A model generated the notes under the pieces. The model had not been told where the DNA came from, did not search any database, and saw only the letters and a program-made list of their open reading frames with translations. Position numbers and translations under genes: made by a program. A stretch of 64,000 nucleotides of DNA from the human T2T-CHM13v2.0 reference genome, Homo sapiens: assembly GCF_009914755.1 (NCBI RefSeq), contig NC_060940.1; one strand, 5' to 3'. Numbering within the stretch: the first letter of the stretch is position 1; every line of letters begins with the position of its first letter. Below, one piece after another: positions 33,570-50,187 of the stretch.

Positions 33570-34035
33570 GTGTTCATGTCCAATGGCTGCTGTAACTAAT
33601 GACGTCTAACTTAGTGGCTAGAAATAACAGAAGCTTATTGTCTTACAGTTCTGGAGGCCAGATGGTTCAAAATCAAATTTCACTGAGTCAAAACCAAGGT
33701 GTCCATAGGGCTGTGCTCCCTCTGAGGCTCCAGGGCAGAATCCTTTTTTTACCTTTTCTAGCTTCGGTGGCTCCTGGAGTTCTATGGCTTGTGACAGCAT
33801 CACTCCCATCTCTGCCTCTGTCTTCACATGACCATCTCCTCTCTGTGTTTCTCCATGTCCTCTCCTAGTTTTATAAGGAAATAAGCCATTGGATTTAGGC
33901 CCACCCTAAATCCAGAACTTTATCTCAAGATCGTTAACTAATTACGTCTTCAAAGACCCTACTTCCAAATAAGGTCACATGCTAGAGTTCTGGGTAGATA
34001 CCAATTTTGGAGAGACATAATTCAGCCCCATCACA
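33570..34035 (-). mobile_element. MLT1 MaLR LTR
   Basis: ggctgctgtaac...ttacagttctggagg...ccaaataaggtcacat. Confidence 0.8.
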
Positions 34036-34204
34036 CTCCCCTCTTCCTCAAAGTGACAGGAGTCTTGGGTCAATTCTGGGGCTCAATGGAAGGTTGGGAT
34101 TGGAGGCACTCAAGGAACGATCCAGGAAGAGGCACTAAAAAGCTAAACTAGGAGAGAAGCAGAGGAGGGAAAAGAAGCAAGGGTTGGGTAAGAAGCACTG
34201 CAGA

Positions 34205-34924
<720 letters not shown>

Positions 34925-35199
34925 TTATTTGATTTTATAGGAGTTATTTTACATCTGTGTCAGTTGTAAATAACCAATGTCAATAGAAGTAATTCTGATC
35001 CATAGATATGCAAATGAATTACGTCCATAAAGGAAGAACTTCTCCCTCTCACCATGAAAAAAACAGTTTTGTATCTATTTGTACATTCACTTCAACCTTC
35101 CTTTCCTTTTTATAAATCTGTGTTTCTTTGGCTTTTCTTTTGAACTGTTTATTGCTTGGTTTCCTCATTTAATTCATGGGTTAAATAAAATCTTTAACA

Positions 35200-35632
35200 T
35201 ACATATTAGTTTGCTGAGGCTGCCGTAACAAATTACGAAAAGGTGGGTGGCCTAAGACAATAGAAATGTATTAATGTTGCAATTCTGGAGGATAAAATCC
35301 AGGTATCTGCAGGTCTGAAACCCAAGTATCTGCAGAACCATGCTCTCTAAAGGCTCTACAGAGCCTCCTGCCTTGCATTTTCCTCACTTCTGGAGGTTGC
35401 CAGCAATTTTTTGGCTTGTAGACACACCTCTCTCATTTCTGCCTCCATCTTCACATGGCATTCTATGGGTCTGTCTCCAAAAGAATATTGGATTTAAGGC
35501 CCACCATAATCTGGTAAGACCTCATCTTGTAATCTGATTACATCTGCAGCAACCCTATCCCTAAATAAGGTCACATTCACAGGTTTCAGGTGGACACACA
35601 TTTGGGGGGACCACTCTTCAAACCACTATACA
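35200..35632 (-). mobile_element. MLT1 MaLR LTR
   Basis: attagtttgctgaggctgccgtaacaaattac ... aaataaggtcacattcacagg. Confidence 0.8.
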
Positions 35633-36030
35633 CATGTTTACTTTATATCAGAATGGGAGTCATGATTTGACTTCTTTGGAAAAATTTTCCTATAACAGAG
35701 GTGATGCCGTTAAAAGCAATGTCAGCAGGAAATGATGGGTTAGTATGGGAGAGGCGAAAGAGAAAGTGTTTAAGAGTTGAACATGTGGAATTGGCCTAAA
35801 CTCAAGTGGGGCTGGAGGCCAGAGAAGAAGGAAGAACTAGATGGAGAAGAGTAGGGATCTCAGTTCTATCCAATGGGCTCATTTTACAGGTGGGAAAACT
35901 GAGGCCCAGAGAGGAGTAACTCTCTCAAAGGCACAGAGAGGGTGATTGGAAAAAGTAGACTGCAACCTCGACTTTTGACTTCCAGCCAGGATATACACAC
36001 TGGTTAGAAAGGTTTTTGATAGTTTCAGCA

Positions 36031-36331
36031 TTTTTTTTTTTTTTTTTTGAGATGAGGTTTTGCTCTTGTTGACCAGGCTGGAGTACAATGGCGCAATCTT
36101 GGCTCACCGCAACCTCCACCTTCCGAGTTCAAGCAATTCTCCTGCCTCAGTCTTCCCAAGTAGCTGGGATTACAAGCATGTGCCACTATGCCTGGCTAAT
36201 TTTGTATTTTTAGTAGAGACGGGGTTTCTCCATGTTGGTTAGGCTGGTCTCAAACTCCTGACCTCAGGCGATCCACCCACCTCAGCCTCCCAAAGTGTTG
36301 GAATTACCGGCGTGAGCCACCACGCCCGGCC
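36031..36331 (-). mobile_element. AluS (Sp-like)
   Basis: Antisense Alu; TSD tagtttcagcatt. Confidence 0.95.
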
Positions 36332-36494
36332 TAGTTTCAGCATTCAGATGGAGAACTTTCACATTTTCCCTGGAAATCTCTCACATATAACACCCTTCAC
36401 ATCTCCATGTGTGCACATGCATAAATATACACATAAGAAAAAGTTCTACCCACATAGAGTCACAAAAAAAGCTCTCATTAGAAAGCTGATTCTT

Positions 36495-36952
<458 letters not shown>

Positions 36953-37861
36953 TAGAAAGCTGATTCTGAATCAAAATTCAACGATACATAATTAGCTTAC
37001 ATACCTCCCTGATTACATCAGTGTGAAATCTTTGGGCTACAAGGAAATATCTAAACTGTAGACAACTCTATAGCTATTAGTACAATAAAATAGATTTCGA
37101 GACAAGGATTTTCATACTTGATAATGTTACAGGTACAGAAGAGCTCTAAATTCATAGAATTTACAAAAGAAACTGTGAAAATGGAAAGTATTACAGTCTC
37201 AACTTGCACTTTTTTTCTTAATTATTGTACTGACACGACAGGCCTAGAAATACCATAATCAAGCATCATTTTCTTGTTTAACCCCACAGTAATATTCCAG
37301 CTCCCAAGAGTTTATATAATAACCAAGTCATAAAATGTAGAATAATTTCAACTTTCTTTTACTCGATACCCCTGTATGCATTAGTCACATAGTGATATTT
37401 CTTTACCAGAAAGAGACTTGAGAAAATGTTGTCATTTGTTTCATAAACTTTGCTCAGAACTTCGGTGCTTCAGAGAGCTATCTCTCCTATTCTGCATGTA
37501 CAATCGCATTTCTATCAGGATGACATTTTTGCTCAAATGTTGCTAAACACTTTGGGGGTAAATATAAAAATAATATCCATGAAATGTTTTATATTTCCAC
37601 TCTTCCTATGATGTTATCTCATTTGATTGTCACGACCACTCACTGAGCTATTCTTTTACCCATTTTAGAGATGAGAAAACTGAAGTTCAGAGAAAGTTAA
37701 TTGACTTGTCCAATTAATGCCAAGTTGTCAAAGCAGCTGAACTGGTACCTCAATACCAAGCCTCCTCCTCTTTCCCATGCCCCAGGTCACTGTCCACCAC
37801 CTTAAATGAGGCCAAAAACATGTTCTGCAATGAGCATGTACTCTCTAAAAATGAGAGGGGA

Positions 37862-38165
37862 TTTTTTTGTTTTTTGTTGTTTTGAGATGGAGTTTCACTC
37901 CTGTTGCCCACGCTGGAGTGCAATGGCACAATCTAGGCTTACTGCAACCTCCACCTCCTGGGTTCAAGTGATTCTCCTGCCTTAGTCCCCTGAGTAGCTG
38001 GGACTGCAGGCATGCTCCACCATGCCTGGTATATTTTTGTATTTTTAGTAGAGACTGGGTTTTGCCATGTTGGCCAGGCTGGTCTTGAACTCCTGACCTC
38101 AGGTGATCCACCTGCCTCAACCTCCCAAAGTGCTGGGATTACAGGTGTGAGCTACTGCACCCAGC
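37862..38165 (-). mobile_element. AluS
   Basis: Antisense dimer. Confidence 0.95.
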
Positions 38166-38386
38166 AAGAGAGGGGGTTGTTTTAAAAACCCATTACTGAG
38201 ATGACACATTTGGAGTTGCTTGAAGAGCAAACAAGATCTGTTCAGAGAAAATGATAATGCCATAATGGCACACAGTAGGTGCACAATGAAAACTAATGAG
38301 TAAACACTACCACATGCACTAAAATGAGTACAAAAAGCCATAAATGTCTAGAATGCCAGATGTGGAAAGAACACAAATGTCTAGAC

Positions 38387-38947
38387 CAATGGTTCTCAAC
38401 TGGGGGTGTCAGCTGTCACAGCTGTGGGAGGTGCTACTGGCATCTAGTGGGTAGAGGCCAGGGATGCTGCTTGCTGCTAAACATCTGATATGGTTTGGCT
38501 GTGTCCCCACCCAAATCTCAATTCTAATTGTAATCCTCATATGTCAAGGGAGGAACTTGGTGGGAGGTGACTGGATCATGGGGACGGTTTCCCCCATGCT
38601 GTTCTTGTGACAGTGAGTGAGTTCTCACGAGATCTGGTTGTTTGGTAATTGGTGCTTTTCCCTTCTTTCTTTCTCTCTCTCCTGCTGCCTTGTGAAGATG
38701 TGCCTTTCTTCCCCTTCCCCTTCTGCCACAATTGTAAGTTTCCTGAGGCCTCCTAGTCATGCTTCCTGTTAAGCCTACAGAATTGTGAGTGAAACCTCCT
38801 TTGTTTATAAATTATCCAGTCTCAGGTATGTCTTTACAGCAGTGTGAGAACAGACTAATACGACATCCTACAACACACGGATCAGACTCGGACAACCAAG
38901 AATTATCCACCCCAAAATACCAATAATGCTGGGAATGAGAAACCCTA
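38387..38947 (+). mobile_element. MER20 hAT-Charlie element split by an MST LTR
   Basis: ggttctcaactggggg...gctactggcatctagtgggtagaggccagggatgctgc...aaacatc | acatcctacaa...gagaaaccct. Confidence 0.85.
38486..38862 (+). mobile_element. MST-type MaLR LTR
   Basis: tgatatggtttggc ... cagactaatacg; TSD acatc. Confidence 0.9.
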
Positions 38948-38955
38948 ATCTAGAT

Positions 38956-39140
38956 CAGTGGTCTACAAACTTTTTCTGGAGAGAGCAAGAGAGTAAATAT
39001 TTCAGGGTTTGCTACTTACAGCAAAAGGAACGATGGATAACATATACATGAATGATCAAGGCTGTGTCTCAACAAAACCATATTTACAAAAACAGGCAGC
39101 ATCCTGAAATTGGCTCACAGACTGCAGTTTTTCAACCCTG
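38956..39140. mobile_element. MER58A-like hAT element
   Basis: cagtggtctacaaactttttctg ... catatttacaaaaacaggc ... aaccctg. Confidence 0.7.
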
Positions 39141-40719
39141 ATTTAGATTAATGGTTTCCTAATTTTTTCTTCTAAAAATGATGAAATGTTTCATTCATTC
39201 AAATGAAATACTGCATGAAATCCAAGGTATGAAGCAGATTAAAGGGATGCTTCTTTGGTTGAACCAAGGGTGCATTCAAGGTGGCTCTCAGAGAAACTCC
39301 TGTAGTAGCCTGGACAAGCCTACTCACTGTGTAGTTTAGAGCCTTCTCATCTTACTCAAATGTCACTTCAGAATGATCATGGTATTCTCTGCTCAAAATC
39401 CTTCGGTGGCTTCCCATTGCTTCTGAGGTAAAGTCCTTCCTCCAACCTATAGGATCTCTCATGGGAGTGTGGCTCGATGGCTCCAGATCCTTACTAAGAA
39501 GCTTCCAGGTCTGACTATACCACTTACGGTCTGTGTGACTATGGGCAAGTTACTTCACCTCTCTGAGCCTCAACTTCTTCATGTATATACCAAAAATTAT
39601 TAACAAAACCTACCTCACATGATAGTTTTGAGAATTTAAATGAGATCATGGATACATAGCCTTGCACAATACCTCATACATAATAATACTCAATAATTTA
39701 ATATGATTCTTGTTAAAAATTATTTTGATTGGGATCTTGTATCTCTAGAAGCAATGTATAAGTCAGAGCGAGTTGGTTGGGACTCCAGGCAGTTGGAGAC
39801 GTGGCTGATAGAGGGAAATGGGCCCTAAGGAAGCCCTCTCTTGGGTTTCTACTGTGTTATTTTTTGACTTTATCTTACAGAAATATCAATCACGGGAGAA
39901 GGTCAGATCAGGCTCCTTTTTCAAAGCCTTTTGGGCCCCAGGTGGATAGGAGTATTGACAAGTTTGTCAATTGAAAGGTCCCTTCTGTATACTGAGGGAT
40001 AACTATATATGTTGACGTTAGATTTTCTTGTTAATTGCAGTTGAAAACGTCCTCACTCATACATATGGTCATTAGAATATTATAGTCTGACTGAGATCCA
40101 GTTATCAGGATACACAGCAACTGACAGTTTTTGAGGCAACCTGTACTCCAACACGAAGCACACCTAGATACTAGTAGCAGAGTCGGCAGTTAATGTCATC
40201 GGGATTGTGTCTATTTCTGCAATTTACAATATGGACAGAGAAGTCTCAAGGTAGGAGGTTAAAGACAGGGGTTTGAGGTTTGATTCTATCCATCCCTCAC
40301 CATGTGACCTTGAGCAGTTCACTCAATTGTTCTGAGCCTCTGTTTCCTCCTCTGAAACAAAAGCTAAATAAAATTCACCGAAATTCCAGCATTTTGGGAG
40401 GAATTATATGACAATTCTTGTTTGTAAGGGACATAAACCCAATTAAAATGATTCCAGCAAGAGATGGAGACGAAATTCATCTTGAGGGGCAGACAGTACC
40501 TGTACAAATTATTTCAAGGGCACATGGAACAGCTGGGCTAGACTGCCCAGGATTTTAAGGAAGCATATATAAGGGTGCTTATCCCAATCTTGGGTGAGGG
40601 AGTATTTCCCAAGTTGAATGTTAGAGAATGAAAATTAATCAGACAATAAGGAGTGGGAAGAGTGTTGTGGAATAAAGGAAGAACAGAGAGGTGAGGAATG
40701 GCATGAAGCACACACATGA

Positions 40720-41017
40720 ATGTGCATGTGTGGGCATGCCTGTGTGCGTGCCTGTGTGTGCATGGCTGTGTGTGCATGCCTATGTGTGTGCCTATGTGTG
40801 CATGCCTCTGTGTGCATGGCTGTGCGTGAATACCTGTGTGTGCACGGCTATGTGTGCATGCCTGTGTGTGCATGCCTGTGTGTGCATGCCTGTGTGCATG
40901 ACTCTGTGTGCATGGCTGTGTGTGCATGGCTGTGTGTGCATACCTGTGTGTGCATGACTGTATGTGCATGGCAGTGTGTGCATGCTTGTGTGTGTGTGCC
41001 TGTGTGTGCATGCCTGT
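40720..41017 (+). repeat. Imperfect 12-14-bp minisatellite, consensus ~CTGTGTGTGCATGC
   Basis: About 20 units; 15 exact TGCATG counted by eye. Confidence 0.9.
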
Positions 41018-41834
41018 GGGGAGGGCAGTGAGAGGGTTGCCAGGCAAGCAGCTCAACAATACCAATACATAAGGAGAAGGTGGTTGATGAGGCTGGACCC
41101 GTGGGCAGGGACCACCTCATCATGCAAGGGAGTTTCCATGCCAAGCTAAGACACATAAATTGACTTTGTAATACCCCTGTTCACTGCACAAGAAGGAGGA
41201 AAAATTTCCCCTTAGCGGAATTTAAGCCAGTACAGCACATAAATGAACAAAAGCTTCTGTCATTCTCCTCTTCTATGCTTAAGGCTCCAACAATTTTCCT
41301 TCAATTTCACTCTCCCCTTCTTTTACTGTATCCTTCTTCAGCAGGAAAGTACCTTTTTTATATACTTTATTGGATTTTTATTCCAAGCTACAAAATGCCT
41401 GCTTGTGGCAACAAGTCAAAAACAGAGGTTTACAAAGAAAAAGGCAAGTTTTTCCCTCCTTGCTCAATCCCTGACACTCATTCACCAAAGAAACAAGGCT
41501 GTTATGTGTGATCTTTCTCTATGTTTATACAACTATATGAAAACACATATGGTCATATAAATAAAGGGTTTTTTCCCTACTTTTTTTAAAAAATGGACTA
41601 TACTGGTCTCATTACAGTATACAACTTGCCCAGGTTAAATATAATGCAACTTGCTCAGATTATAGGTTGTAACTATTAATAATTACTATAAAAGCGGTAA
41701 AATATTCCACAGAATGAGAAAACGTCTCCATTCAACTATCTTGATTGGGGAAAAACATAGGGTTTGCTTGTTGCTTTTCTTAGCCATTCTCAATAATATT
41801 GCAATAAACATGCTAGTACTAGTACTCTTGCTTA

Positions 41835-42011
41835 TTTTATTTTTATTTATTTATTTATTTTTTCTTTTGAGAGGGAGTCTCAGTCACCCAGGCCAGAGGG
41901 CAGTGGCATGATCATAGCTTACTGCAGCCTAGAACTCCTGGGCTAAAGTGATGCTCCTGCCTCAGCCTCCTGAGTAGCTGCAATTACAGGTGTGAGCCAT
42001 TGTGCCTGGCT
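41835..42011 (-). mobile_element. AluJ/FRAM-type monomer
   Basis: catgatcatagcttactgcagcctagaactcctgggct. Confidence 0.8.
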
Positions 42012-42108
42012 CGAGAACCTAGTTTTAAGCATGTCACCTGACTACTCAGGAAAGCAACCCCCTATGCCAGAAGAGTCACATAGAAAAGTGGTCCTGAAAC
42101 TATACTAA

Positions 42109-42457
<349 letters not shown>

Positions 42458-44117
42458 TAAGCCATAAACTCTCCCACCTCAGATCTGCTCAAACATTCTC
42501 CTCTTCCTAGGTTGCCATTCTTCTCCCAACCCAAATGCACATGTCACGCTTAGTTCAAGACAAAGCTCAGATTCCACGTTTTCTAAGAAGGCTCCCAAAT
42601 CTGCCTATGGCAATTAATCTCTTCTTCCACCATCGCTTGAACAACAATAAGAACAACTTCAACAGTTATCACTGTGATGTGCTGGGCATCGTGTTAACGC
42701 ACATTAAATGCATTATTTTATTTTCTCTTCAATAACCTGATTTAGGTAGGTGATATTGTTATATATATTTTGAAGGTAAGGAAACTAAGTCTCAGAAAGG
42801 TTAAGTCACTAGTCCAAGGACACACAGCTAATATGTGTTGCAGCTGGGCTTTACATTCAAGTCTGCCTGACTTCAAACTCCAGATTCCAGTCATCATTCA
42901 ATGCTGCATAATAAAAGAAAAATTCCATTGAGCAAGCTTCTAGTTTAATGGCAAACAGGTTGAGCCATTGCTTTGTAAACACTGCCTGCCATAGATGAAT
43001 TTGTTTTCTACATTTTTTAAGCGGTCTTATCTCCCAGTGAATCTTATGAATGGAGCAAAGTTGTCAGGTTCTACAGTAAATGGCATGCAATGTGATGTTG
43101 CCAGAATTCAAGCTTTCTTCTGCTAATTTTTCACTGGGTTGCAAGCTTTAATTTAACTGTCAGACCCTGGGTCTTTTGCCAGCACTAATGGAGGATTGTG
43201 GCAGTGATGGTAATTATTTCTAGACTTGGTACCTCCTTCGTTTACCTTCTGGTCGCAAATACTCAGCAGCTTCAAGCTAATTTCCTTCCTGATTTTCTTC
43301 ATCAGTTTGCAAACTCCCACTGCCAACAAAAACAACGCATCTGATAAAAACGTCAACATGGAGTGTTCGAAATATTAAAACTGTCAAATAAAAATTGTGT
43401 TTTTACAAGGCAGTCCAAATATGTCACACATGTGGAAATCATTTTTCAAAGACAGATTGTATAGGTCAAAGAGTTGTTGGGCTATTTTTTTTTTAACCCA
43501 CAAAAACAAACCCAACCATGACAGTTTCTTGTATATTGGTTTGATATCTTGAAAATCAGCTTCCAATCTACTCTGGACAAATTTGATAAAAAATACTGGC
43601 ATCAGATGTCCTTTCCTCAGATGAAGACCACAGGCTTTCCCCTCTCTGTGGAATTAATAGAAGAATTACCTGAAAGAAGATACTATGATTTAGCTTGCTG
43701 TTTATATTTCATTCTTCCCACCATTAAACAATGTAGACAGAACATGGGGCCTGTCAACCAATGCTTATTATCAGACGTGCTATTCTCTCGAAAATCTCAG
43801 AAGCCGAACACCCTGATTTAAAATGCTAGGTAGCAACTAAAGTTGTGGATGGGAATGAAACCACCAAAGATAATTGATAACCAGAAAGGAAAGGTGACTA
43901 ACCCTGGGTAGGGCTAAGCTGCAGAAGGAGACCAAGGGTGAAACACAAATGGGTAATTTTAAGTAGGTTTTCAAGGGGGCAAAATCCTCGCAAATGGAAC
44001 ACTTTTACAAATAAACGCTGGCATTTTTACAGTGCTTACTTACCGGCAAGGAATCATTCGGGGGGCCTGCATCTTCCACTAGACCCAATTCAAGGGAGGC
44101 TCATGTGAACAGGTCAA

Positions 44118-44180
44118 TGGGTGGGTGTGTGTGTGTGGGTGGGTGTGTGGGTGGGTGTGTGTGTGTGTGTGTGTGTGTGT
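44118..44180 (+). repeat. (GGGT)/(GT)n compound microsatellite
   Basis: Direct reading. Confidence 0.9.
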
Positions 44181-44357
44181 TCAAATCCCAGTTCCTCATA
44201 ACATAGAGGGAGGAGTGTTGGTATAACAAGAAGCCAAGTCATGTCTAAAAAAATACTTACGTATACACCCCCCCCCCATGTGTATTGTTTTTATGTACAT
44301 GAGAGAGAGAGAGAGAAAGACAAAGACAGAAAAGAGGCAGACAAAGAAGCACAGAAT

Positions 44358-44748
<391 letters not shown>

Positions 44749-46019
44749 TCAGGACTTAATGACTATTTTGCATATGTATTTTAAAAGTTGTAGTACAGCT
44801 CAGCAAGAAGAACTAAGGAACTCATGCGGTCACCTGGGATCATTAAGTGTTCAGTGAAATGAGCAAGAGAGATTTCCAAACTGCCCAGGAACAGTTCCTG
44901 GAAAGGAAATCAGAATTCCTTGATAGCTGCAATGAGGCTGAAATTTCATTGTTTTTTAAAGTTACTAGAGTCTAAAGAGTTTGCACTTATTTTTATTGAA
45001 GAACATAGGCATGTAATAACAGCTAACGGCTAGTGACATTTACTCTGAGTCCAGCATTTCTTTAAGTGCTAATAGGGATTAATCCATTTAATCATTATCA
45101 CAACAGTATTGAGTAGGTCCTATTATTATCTTCCTCATTTTGCACACGAGGAAACTGAGTCCCAACCTCCCCGACCCTGCCTTTGCATCTATCTGCTGCT
45201 CTTCCTCTTCTACTTGACTCCAAAAGGTGGAATTGTTCAGCGTTCAATCCTGGGCCACTTCCCCGGGTCCTTCCCTTCCCTTCATTTTCCATGCTAGATT
45301 CCTGATGAATCCAAAAGATCTCAGAGTCAGACTCCACCAGACAACATAACCCGTTGTGTCTGTCTGTTTACCGGCTGGAATATGAGAAGAAAATGGGTCT
45401 CTGGGTCTTAGGCAGGTGCCAGTGGAAAGTGGGATGACCAGAAGAGCAAAGGATATTTAACTGCTGCATGGCTTATCTCAGTGTGATCATAAAGTTTTGA
45501 ATATTTATTGCCAAACTACTTGCAAGGATTCTGCAATATGGGCAGCTATATTGAGAAATAAAAGCCGTATTCCTGACTCTGGGCTTCAAAGCATCCAGAA
45601 TTATCAATGATTTCTCAGCTGGCCTCAGTGACACCAGTAAGAAAACACTAATTTTTCAATTCATAAATTATTATTTAGAGGCAGCCATGAAGTAGAGACA
45701 GCTTCCCTGGACTTGGCTTTATTTTCTACTCTAAATTCAAGATGTTGAGAATGCAATAAACCCACAATTTCAGTATCATTTAAAGCTAATGGTTTTCCCT
45801 TTAATTATTGCAGATTAAAGCTTCCCTCATTTATATGCATTATTTGAGAGTTTTATCTGGAACACATGAATATCAAAGAAGGCCTTTGAGCTTTTTCAAA
45901 ACACATTCCTTCTCACTGTTTAAAACAATTACAAGTTTCTGTACAGAAAATTTTCTAGCTCTATGTTGTTAAACAAGTTCAAGGGTAATTGGACTCTGCT
46001 TGTTTAAATGATAAAGACA

Positions 46020-46022
46020 GAT

Positions 46023-46067
<45 letters not shown>
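46020..46067. repeat. (GATA)n microsatellite
   Basis: Direct reading. Confidence 0.95.
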
Positions 46068-46239
46068 GAAAATTAGGCACATAGCTAAATAGTTATTCGT
46101 GGTACATGGATAGAGATAGGTAGATACAAACAGATGTGTTCACACAAGAGAAAACACATAGTAAAAACATTGCTCCATTAGTTTTCATAACAACTGTATA
46201 TGGAACATACATTTTTTCCCAAACATTTTAAATTTATTT

Positions 46240-47528
<1,289 letters not shown>

Positions 47529-48753
47529 GTATGGAATATGAATTTTTATTTCCATTTTACATAAGCAAAATGAGGTGGGGGATATTGAGTAAGTTGTCAC
47601 AGCTTACACAGTTTGAAAACAGAGGATCCCTTGGAGATGATGGTGATGATGACACCTTATTAATAACCTTCTTTTCAAAAACTCTCCAGTGTGCTAGGAA
47701 CTATATGTGGTATTCTATATGTATTATATCACTCAGCCACCACAGTGCATCTTCGATTATTCTTATTTAAAGTAAGGAAATTAGGGACAAGAGAAGTTAA
47801 GTACCATGGCCGAGGTCTGCAAATTAAAAGTGCTGGCATCATAATTAGAGCACAGATCTGTCTGACATCCATGGCCAAGGTATTTTCATTACGCCATGCT
47901 TTGTCTCTACTTGTTTGGTCTTTTAAATTTTTAATCAAATATTTAGGTCAAAAGCCATTAACTTTGTCTACTCAGACTTCAGAAGGCTGTTGGGAAGTCT
48001 GTGAATCAATTTTTCTGTTGCTCTTATTTTTGTGGCTTGCTTACGAAAGTCACAGACACAAAACATCAAAAAAAGCTCTGCTCAGAAATATCTCCTGGGT
48101 ATTATATTTGGAGATTTGAGTAAATAAGAGCCTCTTTTAAAATGTAAATACCACCTGAAAATGTTAAGCCTATTAGAAAGTCACACCTTAGCTTTAACAG
48201 TTATATAATCCAATTTATACTTGTGAAGCATACTGAAAGGGTACTGCAGCTGTGGTAGAATGAATCATTTTCTTCTTCTCCTTTATTCTGGGATATTGCA
48301 AAGAAGAAGAGGCATGAAAACAGCTGGGTAGATTTTTTTAAAATAAGTTTCCCATTTTAAAATAATTTTGGATTTACAGAAAAATTGTGCAGATAGGACA
48401 GAGTCCCTGAATACCGCACACCCCGGTCTTTCTATTAACATCTTAAATTGATATGGTGCATCAGTCATAATTAATGAACCAATATCAGCACATTATTATA
48501 AACTATGGTCCACAGTTTATTCAGATTCCCCTACTCTTTAGTAATATTCCTTTTCTGTTTCAGGATCCCATCTGGGAGACCACATTATATTTACTCATCC
48601 TGTCTCCATCCTTAGGCTCCTCTTGGCTGTGGGAGTTTCTCAGAGTTGACTTGGTTGTGATCACCTTAAGAGCTGGAGAAGAACTCCTCAAGTTTTTTGC
48701 AGAATGTCCCTCCATTGGGATATGTCTCACGTTTTTCTCTTGATTAGGCTTAG

Positions 48754-49480
48754 TGTATTAGTCTGTTTTCATGCTGCTAATACAGACATACCCAATACTG
48801 GGTAATTTATAAAGAACAGAGGTTTAATGAACTCACAGTTCCACATGGCTGGGGAGGCCTCACAATCATGGTAGAAGGCAAGGAGGAGCAAAGTCATGTC
48901 TTTCATGGTGGCAGGCAAGAGACAGAATGAGAGCCAGGTGCAAAGGGAAACCCCTTATAAAACCATCAGATCTCGTGAGACTTATTCGCTACCACAAGAA
49001 CAGCATGGGAGAAATTGCCACCATGATTCAATTTCTCCCACCGGCTCCCTCTCACAACATGTGGGAGTTATGGGAGCTACAATTCAAGATGAGATTTGGG
49101 TAGGGACACAGTCAAACTATATCAATAACTTAATTCAGTCTTACCTACTTTTTCTGAGGACCTGCTATGGTAGCTTTCAGAATCATGCCAGACATTGGAG
49201 ATATGATAACTGCATGCCAGGAGCTCTGTTCCTCACTGATAACACATGGTACTGACCACACTACATGGATGGCAACAGGCAAAGAGAGAATGTGTAGGGG
49301 AACTCCCCTTTATAAAACCACCAGATCTCATGAGACTTATTCTCTATCATGAGAACAGTATGGGGAAAACCACCACCAAGATTCATTTATCTCCCACTGG
49401 GTCCCTCCCACAACTTACGGGAATTATGGGATCTATAATTCAAGATGATATTTGGGTGGGGCCACAGCGAAACCATATCA
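48754..49480 (-). mobile_element. Composite THE1 locus: full LTR (48754-49124) + 144-bp copied flank (49125-49268) + 5' half of a resident THE1B-like LTR (49262-49480)
   Basis: One TSD pair cttag (48749-48753) / cttgg (49481-49485) brackets the whole composite. Confidence 0.88.
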
Positions 49481-49880
49481 CTTGGATTATGGGTTTACAG
49501 GAGGAAGAACATTGTGGTAAACGGCAATCATATCAAGATTCCATGCTATCAACACGACTCATCACTGTTGGTGTTCACCTTAATGACAGGCTGAGTGGTG
49601 TTTTCCAGGTTTCTCCACTGTAAATTTACTGTTTCTCTCCCTTTACATGCTGTACTCTTTCTTTGGAAGGAGTTACCTGTAGCCTACACTTAAGGAGTGA
49701 GGATGAATGTTCCCTCTCCTTGAAGAGGCAGTATCCACATACATTATTTGGAATTCTTCTGCAGGGGAGATTTGTTTGTTCTCCCCCATTTACTTGCTTA
49801 TTAAATGGTTTACTTAAATCGGCATAGACTCATGGATATTTGTTTTAGGCTTTGGGCTAGAATCCAAATCTACTTTATTC

Positions 49881-50187
49881 TTTTTTTTTTTTTTTTTTTT
49901 TCTGAGACAAGGTTTTGCTTTGTCTCCCAGGCTGGAGTGTAGTGGTGCGATCTCAGTTCACCGCACCTGCTTAACCTCCCAGGCTCAAGCAATCCTCCCA
50001 CCTTAGCTTCCCAAGTAGCTGGGACTACAGACACACACCACCACACTCGGCTAATTTTGTATCTTTTGTAGAGACAAGGTCTTACTATGTTGCCCTGGCT
50101 GGTTTCGAACTCCTGGACTCAAACTATCCTCCCAGTTTAGCCTCCCAAAGTGCTGGGATTACAGGCATGACCCACCGTGCATGGCCT
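49881..50187 (-). mobile_element. AluJ
   Basis: TSD tactttattct. Confidence 0.92.

Noticed and set aside
40538-41156. His/Thr- or Cys/Val-rich ORFs up to 175 aa
   Set aside because: Open frames produced by a stop-free TG/CA minisatellite
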